In this document: positions 49,518-63,371 of the stretch, piece after piece | How positions within the stretch are numbered: the stretch's first letter is position 1 | Layout of the letters: the number at the start of each line of letters is the position of its first letter | NCBI GenBank assembly: GCA_051294375.1 | Contig: CM119267.1 | Span: 5,446,578-5,510,577, forward strand | Direction of reading: 5' to 3' | Source of the DNA: Paraspadella gotoi | Lineage: Eukaryota; Animalia; Chaetognatha | Length of the DNA stretch: 64,000 nt | Made by a program: the position numbers and the translations under genes | Notes under the pieces: model-generated | What the model saw: only the letters and a program-made list of their open reading frames with translations | The model's database searches: none | Told to the model about the DNA's origin: nothing

Positions 49518-51401
49518 AAAAAAGAAGAGATTTAATTTGATACCACTCTCTGCTAGCCTTTTTCTTTCAGTTTTTATCTTTTTTCAACAGCGAGTACATC
49601 TTTGTTAATAAAATTTTGGCAAAGCGGGAGTATCTCACTTATTTCTATTGATACAAATTTAAATTTTTAAATAACTTAAAGAAAATTTTTTTGTCATTTA
49701 AAAAGTTGAAATTTTTTTAAAATTGTTGGAAAAACATTTTTTCCGACCTTACTGTCATTGAGAATAATGGTTTTTGCATGAAATTAAAATATAAAAAAAT
49801 AAAAAAATAGCCTTAGAAAATTGAAAGGCTTGAGCCTGATTTTTTTAGACATTGTAAAATTTTTTTCCTCACTTCAAAATATTATTCTTCAGTTTCATAT
49901 ATTCTTTTTCAAAATATCACAATAATTTTTTTTATTAATTTAAAGATGTTTTATTCGAATGTGTTTTTGTTTGAAAGAATTGAAAAGTGAAAAATATAGT
50001 AATTATATAAGGTTTTTGGATACCTTTAAATATTAGATATTAGATACAAGGGGAGTGAAGCAGAGAACTTCCATTCATAAAAATTGAAAAATAAATTTGT
50101 CATATTGTTATTTAGATAATTGATAATTTAAAACATATGATTATATAAATTGAGAAATGATGGTAATAAATATTCATCTTGGTCTGTTACTATTAAATAT
50201 GTAAAAGTTTTGTTTTTTAATAAATTAATATTTTTTTTGCATTTATAAAGCAATGGTCTAAATTTTGTAAGGCGTTTTCGAGCTATATTGCTTTATACTT
50301 TTTTCCTATTTTTGATCTATGTGTGTTAATGGTAGGGTTATGTCAGACAGTAATGTCTCAGTGTGTATATCGGCACATATTACAAAGTAATAATCAATTT
50401 AATTTGGTAGAAACAATTTTAAGATGCAATCAGACGTGACAGTCGCACGTTATTTTTCATTGTGTATAATATATTTTTTTTAAATTCCGAACGAATATTT
50501 TTTTTTTCACAGTCAACCAAGCGATCCTTGGTTCTCCTTGCCTCGTTCGGCCGACAGGCGTCATCTGTTTACCGTACGTCCACACGATTGTTCTTTGTTT
50601 TTTTTCATTCTCTCTCTCTCTCCTCTGTTCTCGTTCATTCTCCTCTCTCGTCTCATCTCTCTCTCTCTCTCCTCTCTCTCATCTCTCTTCTCTCTCTTTC
50701 TGTCTTCTCTCGTCTTTTTCCAGTTTTCTCACTTGTTTTTTTTCTCAATCGCGTTTGCGAGTCTTTTTATTCGCGTTCTTATGTGTGTGTTTGTTTTTGG
50801 TTTTTTTTTTTGCTCTGTTTTTTCCAAAACGTGAAAAGATAAAAAACAACAAACAACAAAAACGCTAATCTTTTTTGACTGCGAATGATGGTGACGCTAC
50901 TTATCGTTTTTTCCGCTTTACACCGCAAAACGATTTTCGGCGTCGTCGTCGTCGTCGGTCGCGTATAGTCTCGTCGTCGCCGCGTCCCGCGGCGTCGTTT
51001 CGGCGTTGTTTTCGTCGGCGGCGCGTTTGATTGCAAAGTAGGCGTGATAGATCATCGACGAAATTGATTATGTTTCTGGCGACCGAGGTCGACCTTTTTT
51101 TAGTCACGTGACTCGTGTAAAGAAGATCAGTGATCCGGTCGTCACGAGGCACGCCCCCCCTTGTCAGGGGCCGGTCCAGGTTCCGTTGTCAGTTTTGCGA
51201 GCGTCGTTTGGCGGCGTCGCCCGTCCGCCATCTTTGTCCAAGGTTGTCACGCTCTTTGTTTCGTGACAGTCGTCGACGGGTCCGACGCCATGGTCGCGTC
51301 CGCGTCCGATCGAAACGGCGTCGACCTTACAGCTCTGACCGGCGACCCTCTGGCTTGAGAGAGAGAAAGAGGGGGGAGAGAGAGAGAGAGAGAGAGAGGA
51401 G

Positions 51402-51457
<56 letters not shown>

Positions 51458-51579
51458 AAAAGAGAAAGAAGAAGAGAGATAGAGGAGGAGAAGAGAGAGG
51501 AGGAGAGAGAGAGAGAGAGGAGAGGAGGAGAGAGAGAGAGCGAGAGAGAGGGAGGAGAGGAGAGAAAAAGAAGAAAGCA

Positions 51580-51647
<68 letters not shown>

Positions 51648-54600
51648 GGAGAGGAAGAGAAAAAGGAAAGAAAAGAGAAGATAGAGAGAGAAAGAAAGAG
51701 AGAGAAAACGAGAGATGAAAGAAAGAGAGAGAGATAGAAAGAAAGCAAAAGAGAAGAGAGAGAGAGAGCAGAGAGAGAGAGAGGAGAGAGGAGAGAGAGA
51801 GAGAGAGAGAGAGAGATGAGAGAGTTGATCGTCGAAAAATAAGAAATAGAAACGCAAAGAATTGGATTGAAGATATTTCCTTTTCTATTTTTTTTTTTCT
51901 TTTTTATTCCTTTTTGTCTCTATTTACATTGTTTTATTGTTATTTTTCTTATTTCTTCCCATTTTGCGCGCAGGGTCTGACGCACGATGAGAGAAGACGA
52001 ATCCGCGCCTCGTTTCGCTTCCTGCGAGGTGTTTCCCTGCTGGGTGCCGCGCGGGCGGCGTCGGATCGTCGCGCTACGGCGGGCGGCTGGCGTGGCGCGG
52101 TGCGCTTCCTGACGGCGAGAGTAGGTTTCCTCGGCGCGTCGCCTTTCGAAACCACGTGGTGGCGGTGCCTGTCGGGGTCGTCGCCAATTCGCGCTGTCTT
52201 CGGAAAGCCTGCATTGATCAAGACCGAGGTAGGCGTTGTTTTTGAGGAGATGGGTGGAAATGAGGGAAACTTTTTTTGTGTTCGATTAATTGAATTTTGG
52301 AATTTTTCTCTTGTAAAATATAGAATTGAGAAGTGTTTTTCAAGAGAAAAGTTTAGAAATGGTCACATAGTTAACGCAATTGCGAGAAAAAGGCCTTTTT
52401 AAGGGTAGTAGCAAAAGACAAGTGACAAAAGGTAAAGGTCAAGTCCATGAGAAGCGAATGGGTAAGTCTGGAGCGATTTTGGCGATATAAGGGAAGGAAG
52501 AACCGAAGCGGAGAACTTCGATGTTTTCTCAGTCGGAGAATCTTTTTTTATACTTTTCTCTCACTCTCTCTCTTTCTCTCTCTCTCTTCTCTCTTTCTCT
52601 TCTCACTCTCTATCTCACTGCTCTCTCTCTTCTCTCTCTCTCTCTTCTCCGCGTTAAAAATAAAAGTTCGATTATATTTTGAGGATGAGAAGTCTTGAGT
52701 GTTGAAAGGTTAGTCGAAGGTGTTGAAGCCCGTTGAATTCCACTCGAGTCAATAAGAGGATTTCGCGGCGGGGGGGGGGGCGGGAAGGCGAGGGGGGCGA
52801 GTGAGCAAAAAAAAAATTATTTTTATTTTGTTAGTGAAGAAATTGAAGAAATAGATGTACTAGATTTAGAATCGATCGATAAGGAAAAGTGGAAAAAATA
52901 AGCAGACACGCGCTAAGAAAAAAAAAAAAGAATGAAAAAATAAGGAAATCGCCAAAGAGAGAAAAAACAAAAACAAATTGGAATTTGCAATGGCAGAATG
53001 GCGCGATTGTGAAAACAGATTTTTTCTCGACGTGGTTGAAGATTACGAAATCGAAGGCTCATTAAAAACCTTGTTGTTGTTTTTTTGTTTTGCGTGTTTG
53101 TAGTGTTTCTCTTCTTTTTCGCCGCCTTTGGCTTTTCGTTTTGCGTTTTCATCGCTCCTTTTGACAAAAGTTCATTTGAGGGAAATTGGAGATAAGTATC
53201 CGAGTAATTTTCTTCGCGCTCTGTCGTGTCTTCCAGGTTAACATTGGAATAAAATATGAGGCGTTGAATAAAAGACGTCCGTCTTCGAAGGCTGGCGAAA
53301 AGAGAATGGTTTGAGAGTGGATTCTTTTTTTTGAGTGGCGAAGCTGTTACGTTATCTGGAAGAGGAAAGATTTAAATTGTTCTTCGTGTCGATTTTATCA
53401 ATCAAGGACAGAAGAGGACGTTTCGTCTCTTTGGAATACGCTCTCGACATCACCTTTCTTTCAAAGATACTCTTTGCTTCATTCTACGATGCAACGATCC
53501 GTCCGTTTGCAGTCAATTATGGTGCCTTAATGCCAGCACGGATACTCGACGTTGAAGGAAGAGTCTTCCTCGCCGAGGGGGTCGGAACTTTTTCATTCTT
53601 CCTCGCGAGAAATTACATAGGTTCATTTACTTGATTGAAATCGGAAAGAAAGGGAGGGAAAGGAAAGAGTGAGAGAGACGAGAGGAGAGAGAGAGAGAGA
53701 GAGAGAAGAGAGAGCAGGAGAGAAGAGAGAGAGGAGAGAGAAGAGAGAGAGAAAGAGAGACTTTTTCCTCGCAAATCTCTTTAGCATTGATATCGGCCAA
53801 AACGAGAGGCAGCTGAGGATTGCGCAAACAGAAGCGTAATCGAGTTTCGATGTGAAGCAAATTCGGGATTCAGCGCTAAAAACTTCTCTGTTTTATCTTT
53901 GCTTTTATTGTTTGTTTTTTATAAAATTCTATGTTTTTTAAATTTTCGAATTTTTGTCTTTGAAGGCGGATAAAGATTACGACGGAAGTTCTATTTGTAA
54001 TGAATATTTTATAAACCTGTTCACAATGGTTTTTCCTTGTTTTTAACTCTTTTATAATGTTTGAACTGAGTCTTGATGATTGATGCGTTATGAATATTTA
54101 TAATTTAAATAATATAATTTATAGAGATGTATAGATAGAGGGGAAAGAAGTTCAGAATTATATAGATATATAAAAATCATATTTCATATATATATAGAGA
54201 GAGTACGACTGAAGATCGGTCATGCCTATAGCGGGGGTGAAGATGTTGCAATCCCAACTACAACACAAACTGTCCCAATGAGAAATATATGACATCGAAA
54301 AAACATATTATTAAAGTTTCGATTAGTCTCTATAAATGGGTTATTTTTGAAAATCCGCATTGATCGAAAAAAGTTCAAAAAATGGTCCAGAAACAGTAAC
54401 TTTTCCGTACTAGTTAATATAAGAAGTTTATGTCACGAAGAGACGGAACGAATTTTTTTTGAAAGAATTTAAAATTCTTCGCGATGAAGATGTTGGAGAA
54501 AAAAAATTCGAAGTTTTGGGAAAAAGGTCATGTTTATGGTCTTGAAGAACACGAGAAATAAATTCCGAGAAAAAAAAAATTAAAAAAGGTTTATCTTTGA

Positions 54601-56705
54601 AGAAGAGTCGGAACTCGGAAGCCCGAAAATGCGTTGAAAGAAATTCGAGGCAAAAAAGTAGTTGGAAGGAAGAGGTCGAGGCTCAATAGAGGCTCTACTA
54701 GAGGCTACTAGAGGCTCTACTAGAGGCCCCTACTAGAGGCTCTCACTAGAGGCCTACTAGAGGCTCTACTAGAGCTCTACTGAGGCCCTATAGCAGGCTC
54801 TACTAGAGGCTCTACTCAGTAGGCTTTACTAGAGGTCTACTAGAGGCCCTTCTAGAGGCCTACTAGAGGCTCTACTAGAGGCCTCTACTAGAGGCTCTCT
54901 AGAGGCCCTTTCTAGAGTGCTCTACTAGAGACTCATCCTAGAGGCCTACTAGAGGCTCTACTAGAGGCCTCTAACTGAGGTCTAAACTACTACTCTAGTC
55001 TAAATCAATGTTGTAAGAAGCCTCTCTCATCCAAAACATTTAAAAAAAAGAACGGTCGTAATTCGCAATGTGTTGCGCCGCAGTGACTTATTTTTACGTG
55101 TATTTCCCTTGACAAATGATATGACATGACGATTGCAAGTTATGAGGCATTTTTAACGTAAGTGGGATGAACGAGGAACGACCGACCGACCGAAGACCGT
55201 CCGAACTAACGTGACTTATAGAGTAGCTGCGCGAGTATTGCTGCGCAAATAAAAAAAGGTGAAAACCGCAAAACAAAGAATCTAAATAGGAATAAAATAG
55301 AAATAAAAGAAGCTCCTATTATTTAGATTAAAATGAAAGATAATCTTGGAAAGCGTCACAAAGCGCGTTTGAAAGAAGCTCCACTGCTCTCTCTCTCTCT
55401 TGGCTGAACGCAGTCTCCTCTTAGCCGCGGGTCGGAGGGGTCGCCGCGTTCTCTCGCAGACCGACGAAGCCTCGACTTTTAATGCGCAGAGTTTGTTTTT
55501 TGGGGGCGGGGGATTTCCCTGGGGGGGGGAGGGAATGCGGTGGTGGGGAAGGGAAAAAAGTGTGATGCGATTGGTAAGTGAGAAGAAGGAGAGGAAGAGA
55601 TGAGAACGTCGAAAGAAGGTGGGAGGGGAAGGTGGAGGGGGTGGAGGGGTAGAGTCTTCGCTTCGGGGTTAAGATTGAATGGGCGGAAAAAAAAAAGGTA
55701 GGGGGAAACTTCGGATGGGGGGGGAGAGACGAGTTTTTTTTCGAGGGGAAGGCTAAGACGATGGGAGAAAAAAGGCGCGGGCGGCTCGTTTTCCTTCTCG
55801 ACCTAAGGGAGACCCGATACGAGGGCCTTTTCGATGCTTCACGAAAACTCGAGAGTGGAGAGAATGCGGCCCGTGGGGGGAAGGGGGGAAGGGCGGAAAG
55901 GGGGAAGGGCGGGAAGGGGGGGAAAGGGGGAAAGGGAAAGAGGGATTTGTTTTTTTTTTTTTTTAAGTTAAAATTTGGTAAAAAAATTTTTGGTTTCACG
56001 ACGAACAGGAATTGAAGAGAAAAAAAAAACTTTACTCGGCCGAGAATTTTTTTGTTTTGTATTCGTGAAATAAATGAGGTATGGTTGTAACTTTAAACTA
56101 ACTATAAGTTAAAACATGAAACAGAACATTTAAAATTCCATGGCTGGTCAGAATGGACTGAAGAAGGGACGCAAAGACGAAAAAGCCTTCAAAGGACGGC
56201 CATTAATCGGCGTGCAAATGAACGAGAGAGGAATCATCATATTCAATGTGTGTTTTTTTTAAAGAAAATTAATTATTGAATTCGTCATCGCTGAATTTAT
56301 TCGACGATCGAAAATCTAAGGCAAATCGTTTTTTGGTCGTTTTAAAATCGTTTACCCGTGGACGTGCTTCGGCGCAGAGGTGGAATGTGGTGCTGCAACT
56401 TATATATTAAGAAGAAAACGGGTCTGATGGAATCGAGATACCGCTTGACTTGGGCAATTTAGTAGGGGGAAACCACGGATTTAAACTTTCTAATCTTCGT
56501 GTTCGAAATTATTTTATCATTAATAATTAAATCATATAATTAATTAATTATTAATTAATTATAATTAATTAATGAAAAAATCTTAATTGCTCAACGGACG
56601 GGCGATGACGTAATTTCAACTCTTGGCTTCTACTTTTGGTTCCGATGGTGATCAATCGCCGTTTTAGATACTCGGCTGATACCAGTGTGTGGACAGAAGG
56701 AAGAA

Positions 56706-56736
<31 letters not shown>

Positions 56737-56743
56737 GAGAGAG

Positions 56744-56776
<33 letters not shown>

Positions 56777-58237
56777 AAGATTAAGCACCTACTTAATTCG
56801 GATTTCGCGACACCACTTTGGAACTCTGTCCGCAATTATTAGCGGCAACGAACAGCGTTCCCCGCGGCTCCGCTCCGCGAGGCGAGCAGTCCTAAGTCCG
56901 AACCCAAGGTGACCCCCCTTCCTACTTTCCTTCTTTCTTTAAAAACCTTGCCGCAAGACGGAAAAATCTCCCCTTTCCCGAAAAAAAAAAAAAAAAAACC
57001 TAAAAAACTCCGCACCGTGCGAGGCGGGAAATGCTCTTTTGGACGTGCGGTGCCAGTCTTCCCTCTCGACCGCAACTGGGACGCTCTTCACATCTCAAAC
57101 GGAGATTTTCGCCGCCGGGAATTCGAACGGTGCCTTGCGACCTTCAGCCCTCCTTTTCTCCTGGGGGTCTGCTGCCCCCCCCCAAACCACATCGAACGGA
57201 ACTCGAGGGCTCGGCGCACCTTTTGAAAGAGAGAGAGGGCGTTGGGAGAAGAAGCGCGCTGACGTCGACATCGGACGCGGCGTGACAAAATAGACCCGGA
57301 CTGGAAAATCTGGGACGGACGCGAGGGCCAAAAATAGGGGGCGTGGTAAAAAAAAAAGGGGCCGCCGGAGCAAGGGGGGGAATGTGGGCTGGGCGAAGCC
57401 GGGACGCCTTCCATGCAAACCGAGGCGTCAAAGACCGGGCGTCAAAGACCAGTCACGCGCGGACGTGAAGGATCCCAGATCGCGTCGGGCAATGACGCCG
57501 AATCTCGATTCTGGTGGAGACGCAGCGTTGGGCCGAAAGTCGTCCGTGGACGCCGAAAAGAAATGAGGGGCGAGAGAGACGGTTGTATACTTGGGAGCGA
57601 GGAAGTTTATTGGGCAAAAAAGTAGAAAAAAAAAAACAGATTTAAGATTAAGAGATAAAAGAGTAAGGATTAAAGAAAACAAAAATTATCACACGATTAT
57701 GACATCGATTTTTTTTGTCAAAACGAAGCAGTTTTTCTTTACTTATTAATCGATACATAGTAAAGACATGAGAAGAATTGGTAGTATTTATTAATGCCTT
57801 GTTAAACCCAACAGATGATGAGCTTATCTCACGACTCAACAATTAGGAGAAGTATTCAGACGTTATTCAGTGGAGGCTTTCGGAAGTGAGAGGGAAAACT
57901 AACTCTTTTTAACAGTTTAAATATTTTTTCCATCTTCGCGTGCATTAGTCACTGCCTCTCAGTCCTTCTGCCATCGCCCTTCAGTTGGGTTATTAAACGA
58001 AATACGGGGGAAAAAACGATAAAAAAATAAATAAAACAAAATAAATGGCGGAGAGATTCGATGACGCGAGAAGCACGAAACGACGAGCGATGGAACGCGT
58101 GGATGTGAGGCGATTTAAAAAGAGAAGAAAAAGAAGTAAACAAAGAAGGTTAAGGTGAAGATGATTTCAAAAGAGAAGAAACATCCAGTTCGCGAACTGG
58201 TCCGCGGGTGGAGGAGGAAGAGAGAGAGAGAGTAGAG

Positions 58238-58270
<33 letters not shown>

Positions 58271-59439
58271 TGAGAGAGATGGGAGAGAGAGAGAGAGGGA
58301 AGAGAAGGTCGCTGATTTTTGACGAGACGTAAAAACTCTGCCACGCCCATACCCGATTCCGCCGACTGAAAACGGAATCGTGGAACTGGAATTAGATTCG
58401 TCGAAGGAAAAAAATCGGCGAAGGAAACAACGGGGGGTCCGATTTCCTCCAGCGGGATCTGCACCGACAACCGCCCGCCCCGCGCCGCCGCCTCTTCTAT
58501 TTCGTCTTACTCCTCAACCCCATTTCATCCAAACCAGACACTCCAAGTCGATGACGATGACGATGATGATGATGTGAGATGATGATGAATGATGGATGAT
58601 GATGATGGATGATGATAATGATGATGATGATGATGATGTTGATGATGATGATGATAACTCTTGGCTGCCTCATTCGCAAGCGGATTCTACGAACCTGACT
58701 CAAACTTCTCCTCGAAACACTGCGCTTGGCCTTCTCCAACCGCCAGTGACTGTGAGAGTTCATTTGCCGCTGGTCCCACTCTGACCAGAGTGAACGCTTT
58801 CGACCGCGACGACGCCTCAGCGGTCACCACTCTGCCGTCCTCCAGACGGTCCGCCCTCTCTCGTTGCCGAAACCTTTGGTGCGAAATAAAAGAAGGATTT
58901 CGTCGGATTTTTTGCCCCCAACGAGTCTTATTCCGGACGCGGCGGACGGCCGCCAGCAGCCGCCGCTCTCGACGGGGCACGCCGCCGCGCCCGCAGTACG
59001 CCGCGGGCGCCGCAGTCGCCGACGATGCTCCCGCAGTCGCCGCGCCGTGTTTGGGGTCGTAAATGCAAATTTTACGACAGATCGAAGTATCTAACTACGG
59101 GGCCAAAATTGACGTGTCGCCGACGACGAGACGACGACGAGAGACAGACGACGAACGACGAACGTTTTCGATTCGACGCCAAGCGGAGAGAGAGTTAATA
59201 GTACTTGCAACTAAGACAAACATACTTATAGAAGGACTGTTTTATTTACATTAAATAAACTTAGAACTCATAAGATCTGCTAGACGAGTACAATAATTTT
59301 CTTTTAACAAATGGCAGCGCACAAAATTGCATTAAAGTAATAGTATAGTACTCGGTACTACTACTGTATGAAAGATAACCACAATATGTAATGAAAAATA
59401 GGATGATTTGTCTGAATGTTGAAAAAACTTTTTAGACGC

Positions 59440-59481
<42 letters not shown>

Positions 59482-61541
59482 AAGAGCAGAGAGAGAGAGA
59501 GAGAGAGAGAGAGCAGAGAGAGAAAGAAGAGAGAGGAAGAGAGAACTAATGACAGAGAGACAGAGACAGCCTTACACTTTTTCATTTTTGTCTTGATTTT
59601 TATAAATTACAATTTAGAAGCAAATTGGAAAAAACCAAATTATTAAATGGCGATTAAGATATGGAAAAAACAGATTCAAGGTGAAAATGCATGAACTATT
59701 TCTCAAAATGCTCCGAAATGCGTTTCACCGATTGATAACGATATTAAAGAAAAAGACGACAAATGAACCCACGTGGTCTTCCAGCGCCCTTGCGTGTGAT
59801 CCTTTCATTCCTCCTTGCGCCCTTTTTCTCTCTCCGATGTCGCCGATACAGAGACAGGAATAAATGGAACAAAGACGACGGCGACGCTGACGTTGCAGAA
59901 TAGTAGAGAGATAGATGAGATGAAGAGAGAGGAGACGAGATGATGAGAGAGAAGAGAGAGCGAGAGATGAATTTCCTGGGTTCAAGGACATCAGCCTCAT
60001 TTGGCTTCAGTTTATGGCTTTCTCCTGCGGTTGCTTTGAACCTCAGACTATTTCTTTAGGATGGAAGAAGGAGAAAAAAAAAAGAAAGTTTGGGGCGGAA
60101 AAGACGCTCAATATCGAAAAAACAAAGTGGATTTAAAGGAAAAATATTGTTATGATTCTTCTTTTCGTTGTGTTTGGTATTAGGAAAAACAGTTTTAAGG
60201 TTCACAACGATTTATTATTGGATATAAGTCGGACAAAGTTTCAACCTCTTTATTAAGAGTCTCTTCAGCGATTTTTTAATATCAACAATTCTCTCTTTAA
60301 CATTAGCTTTGAGAGTGGAGAAGCTAATGTTAAAGAGAAAAATTGTATTGATCTATTAAAGGGGACCCAGTGATAAAAGTGATTATCTATAAAGCTTAGG
60401 GTCTATCATCAAAGGAATTTGAAAGGTGATAGTTCAATTATTTTTTCTTTGCACGGGAAAGTGGCAAAAAATTCCATCCTCTTATTGTAGCGGAAACAAA
60501 AATTAATAATTATGAAAAAAACATTTAGTTGACCTACCTAAATATTATATAATCCATTCTTTTATTTTTGCATTAGAAAGTAATTTTTTTACAAAATTCC
60601 AATTTTTTATTTTTTACTGTAAAAAGCTATAATTTTAAGGTTTAAGCCTCATTGAACAAAGGTTTACAAGACTATATTTTTATATTTTATATTTATTTAA
60701 AAAGCACAAAAATCAAACTAAATTCCTATTCTTACAAGAAACAAAACTGTAATAATTATTAATTATATTCATATTCAATTCCCTTAATGATTATTAAACT
60801 ATATTGATTCCTAATTATAATAATTAAAAATTTAGCAAAAATAAAGAATCTTCTCTTCTTTTATATTTATATTACTTAAAGATTTTATTTTCATCAAATT
60901 AACAGAATCAATTTGGAAAAGGAAAGTTAAAATAAAATCAGTCGTACCTTAAATTTGGATTCATTCCTAGTTTTTTTTCTTATAAATTTTTTGATAAAGC
61001 TGAAAATCTTTTTAAAATTAGATCTTACGCCTTTTTGAGAAAAAATTTTTAAAACTTGAAAAAAGAATTTTCTTCTTACACCGATTTTTTTAAAGAAAAT
61101 TAAGTCGACTGATTTTATCGAATTTTTTAACTTACTTTTCCAAATGAATTAAAGAAGAAATAATATGGTCAAGACCAACTTAAGTTAAAGGGTCAAACAT
61201 TATGTTTTCAAGCTTTTTTACCCCCTGTTTCACATTGGGTCCCCTTAAAATCGTGAACGAAGATCTATAAAGAGTTGAAAACTTGTCCGAACTTATATCC
61301 AATAATAAATCCGTGTTGACCTTAAACTGTTTTTCTAAGGAAAAATATTAAATTCAATAGATGGATTGGAAGAAAATCAAGTTTTATACTTATGCACCGA
61401 CAAATATAGTTATTTTAACAAAAAATATTAAATACATATATATATGGAACTAAGAGTAATTTGATTCTTGTCCTTAAACCTATATTATTGGACCCTGCTA
61501 AAAGATAATATCGAACAGAGGATCGTCATTGCTCGAATCGT
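49517..61541. repeat. Tandem segmental duplication, copy B
   Basis: Appears identical to 35962-47959 except an indel-rich patch at ~59470-60140; ends at a 25-N gap. Confidence 0.95.
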
Positions 61542-62238
61542 NNNNNNNNNNNNNNNNNNNNNNNNNACAAAAAATAATTATATAAAGTACACTATTATAT
61601 ATGCCGGGAATCTAAGAGTAATTTGATTCTTGTCTTATACCTATATGTCAGAATATTAAAGAGTTGTTGTTTTCGTTTCGGCCTCGGTTCTTTATTTACA
61701 AAGTATTGGCCTTTCGCTGAATTGTAAACAAAACGTCTTTTAGTTTCGTCGATCGCTTGTATTTTCGTTCAGTCGTTGATTTTGGCCGTCGTTAACAATT
61801 TGTAATTCGCTTCCCGCTTTATTTTCGTTGGGTTTCACGTTATTTAATATTAATCATAATGAATACTCAATCCTTCTTTTAATATTATTAGGCTAATACG
61901 CCAGTTCGTCAATTATTACAGGAGTTGTAATAAAGACGACTATGGTGGCCTATCGCGCTCGTTGTTCGCGTTCCCCACGTCTCTTGTTGACTACTGCTGA
62001 CCTTAAGTGGCGGATGTTGGTGCGAGTTTGTTCTATGCAGGGCTAATTATGCGCTTCATATTGATACGGTAATTAAGATTAAGATATAAGTTTATCTAAT
62101 GGGGGTTGTTTAATTTCCACTCTCCTTCACATCCGCGTGGGTGGCATGCTTTATAAGCTAGGCATATTTGACGGCGGTCCTTGTCACCTGCAAGCTGTCG
62201 GTGCGGGAGCCTGGCTTACTTGGGCTTGTTCGCGTAGG

Positions 62239-62344
62239 CCGTCTGCCGGAGTAGACGTGCCAAAGAACCCCGGCCTCAGCGCTTGAGCTCTATAACTCCG
62301 TCTGCACAGTAGACGCAAAAAACTCGGCTGCTCAGCGTTTGAGC
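62239..62344 (+). repeat. Two ~59-bp tandem units each containing two small hairpins
   Basis: ccgtctgc-N3/4-gtagacg...cggc(tg)ctcagcgYttgagc at 62239 and 62298. Confidence 0.6.
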
Positions 62345-62547
62345 CTTTTCATTAAACTGCCGTCCTTGGCGACGTAAAACGGCAAACAAAGTCCTCCGTT
62401 AAAGAATTACATGAATAATATGGAATTCGTCCACATGAGCGTTCGAACCTTTTTTTTTTGCGCCACTTTTACCGCATGTTGTCGCTTTAATACATAAATT
62501 CGTTTTCGCTTCCTTGCATTTGCCATGCCCAAATTTCTCTTGACGGA

Positions 62548-62656
62548 GCCCAATTAAGCTGCGGACCATTGCTCTCTGGCAATGTGACGGTGATGCCCAT
62601 TTAAGCTGGGACCATTTGCCTCTTGCAATGTCGGAAGGCCCATTAAGGCTTGGGAT
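62548..62656. repeat. ~45-bp degenerate tandem repeat, about 2.5 copies
   Basis: gcccaattaagctg/gcccatttaagctg/gcccattaaggctt at 62548, 62595 and 62638. Confidence 0.7.
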
Positions 62657-63371
62657 GAGCGTTTAAGATTGCCTCTTTTGAGTGATTTAGAAACTAATTA
62701 GATTGGCGAGTGTCAATACTATATAGAGTATTGCGGTGACCGCGTTTCTCTGTTTTCTTTTCTAGGGGTTTTCATACCAATTTAAGAATAGTTCCGTTTG
62801 TGTGAGTTTACGGGCGGGACTTATAAATTTGGGTATTTCTTATTAAATACCATATTTTATTTTACGAGTTATTTTTGCGTTCTCAATATCGCTATTTCAT
62901 CGGCCGCGGAAATTTGGATATGTATTCTTACTTGCCCGCGGCGAGCGACGACCTACATGATACTCGCAATTTCAACAAATAAAAATAATCGAATTTTACT
63001 ATTTACGCGCGTATTAAATGTCGTCTTTTACGTGGATTTTTTAAATTTTATATGTCATTTTTTTTTCATCATACTGAATTTCTTCGTCGTAATTTTGATA
63101 TGTTTCGAAGTTATTTCGATATTTTATTTTTCTTCGTATCAATAATCTGCGCCGTTGTCATTTGTCTTATTTTGTGTTTGGCTGTTTTAGCGCGCCCTAA
63201 ATTCTGTCTGCGACATCTCGCGCGACTGAGAACGGTGGAAATTATTATTTTCGGAAAAATCTAACATAGGACAAAAAGAGTCATGCGTTCGTTTCTTGTA
63301 TTTTTCTCTCTATTTTTAAATTAATTTTGGAATTGAAGAAAAAAAAAATTTTTCAATTCTTCTACACTTTA

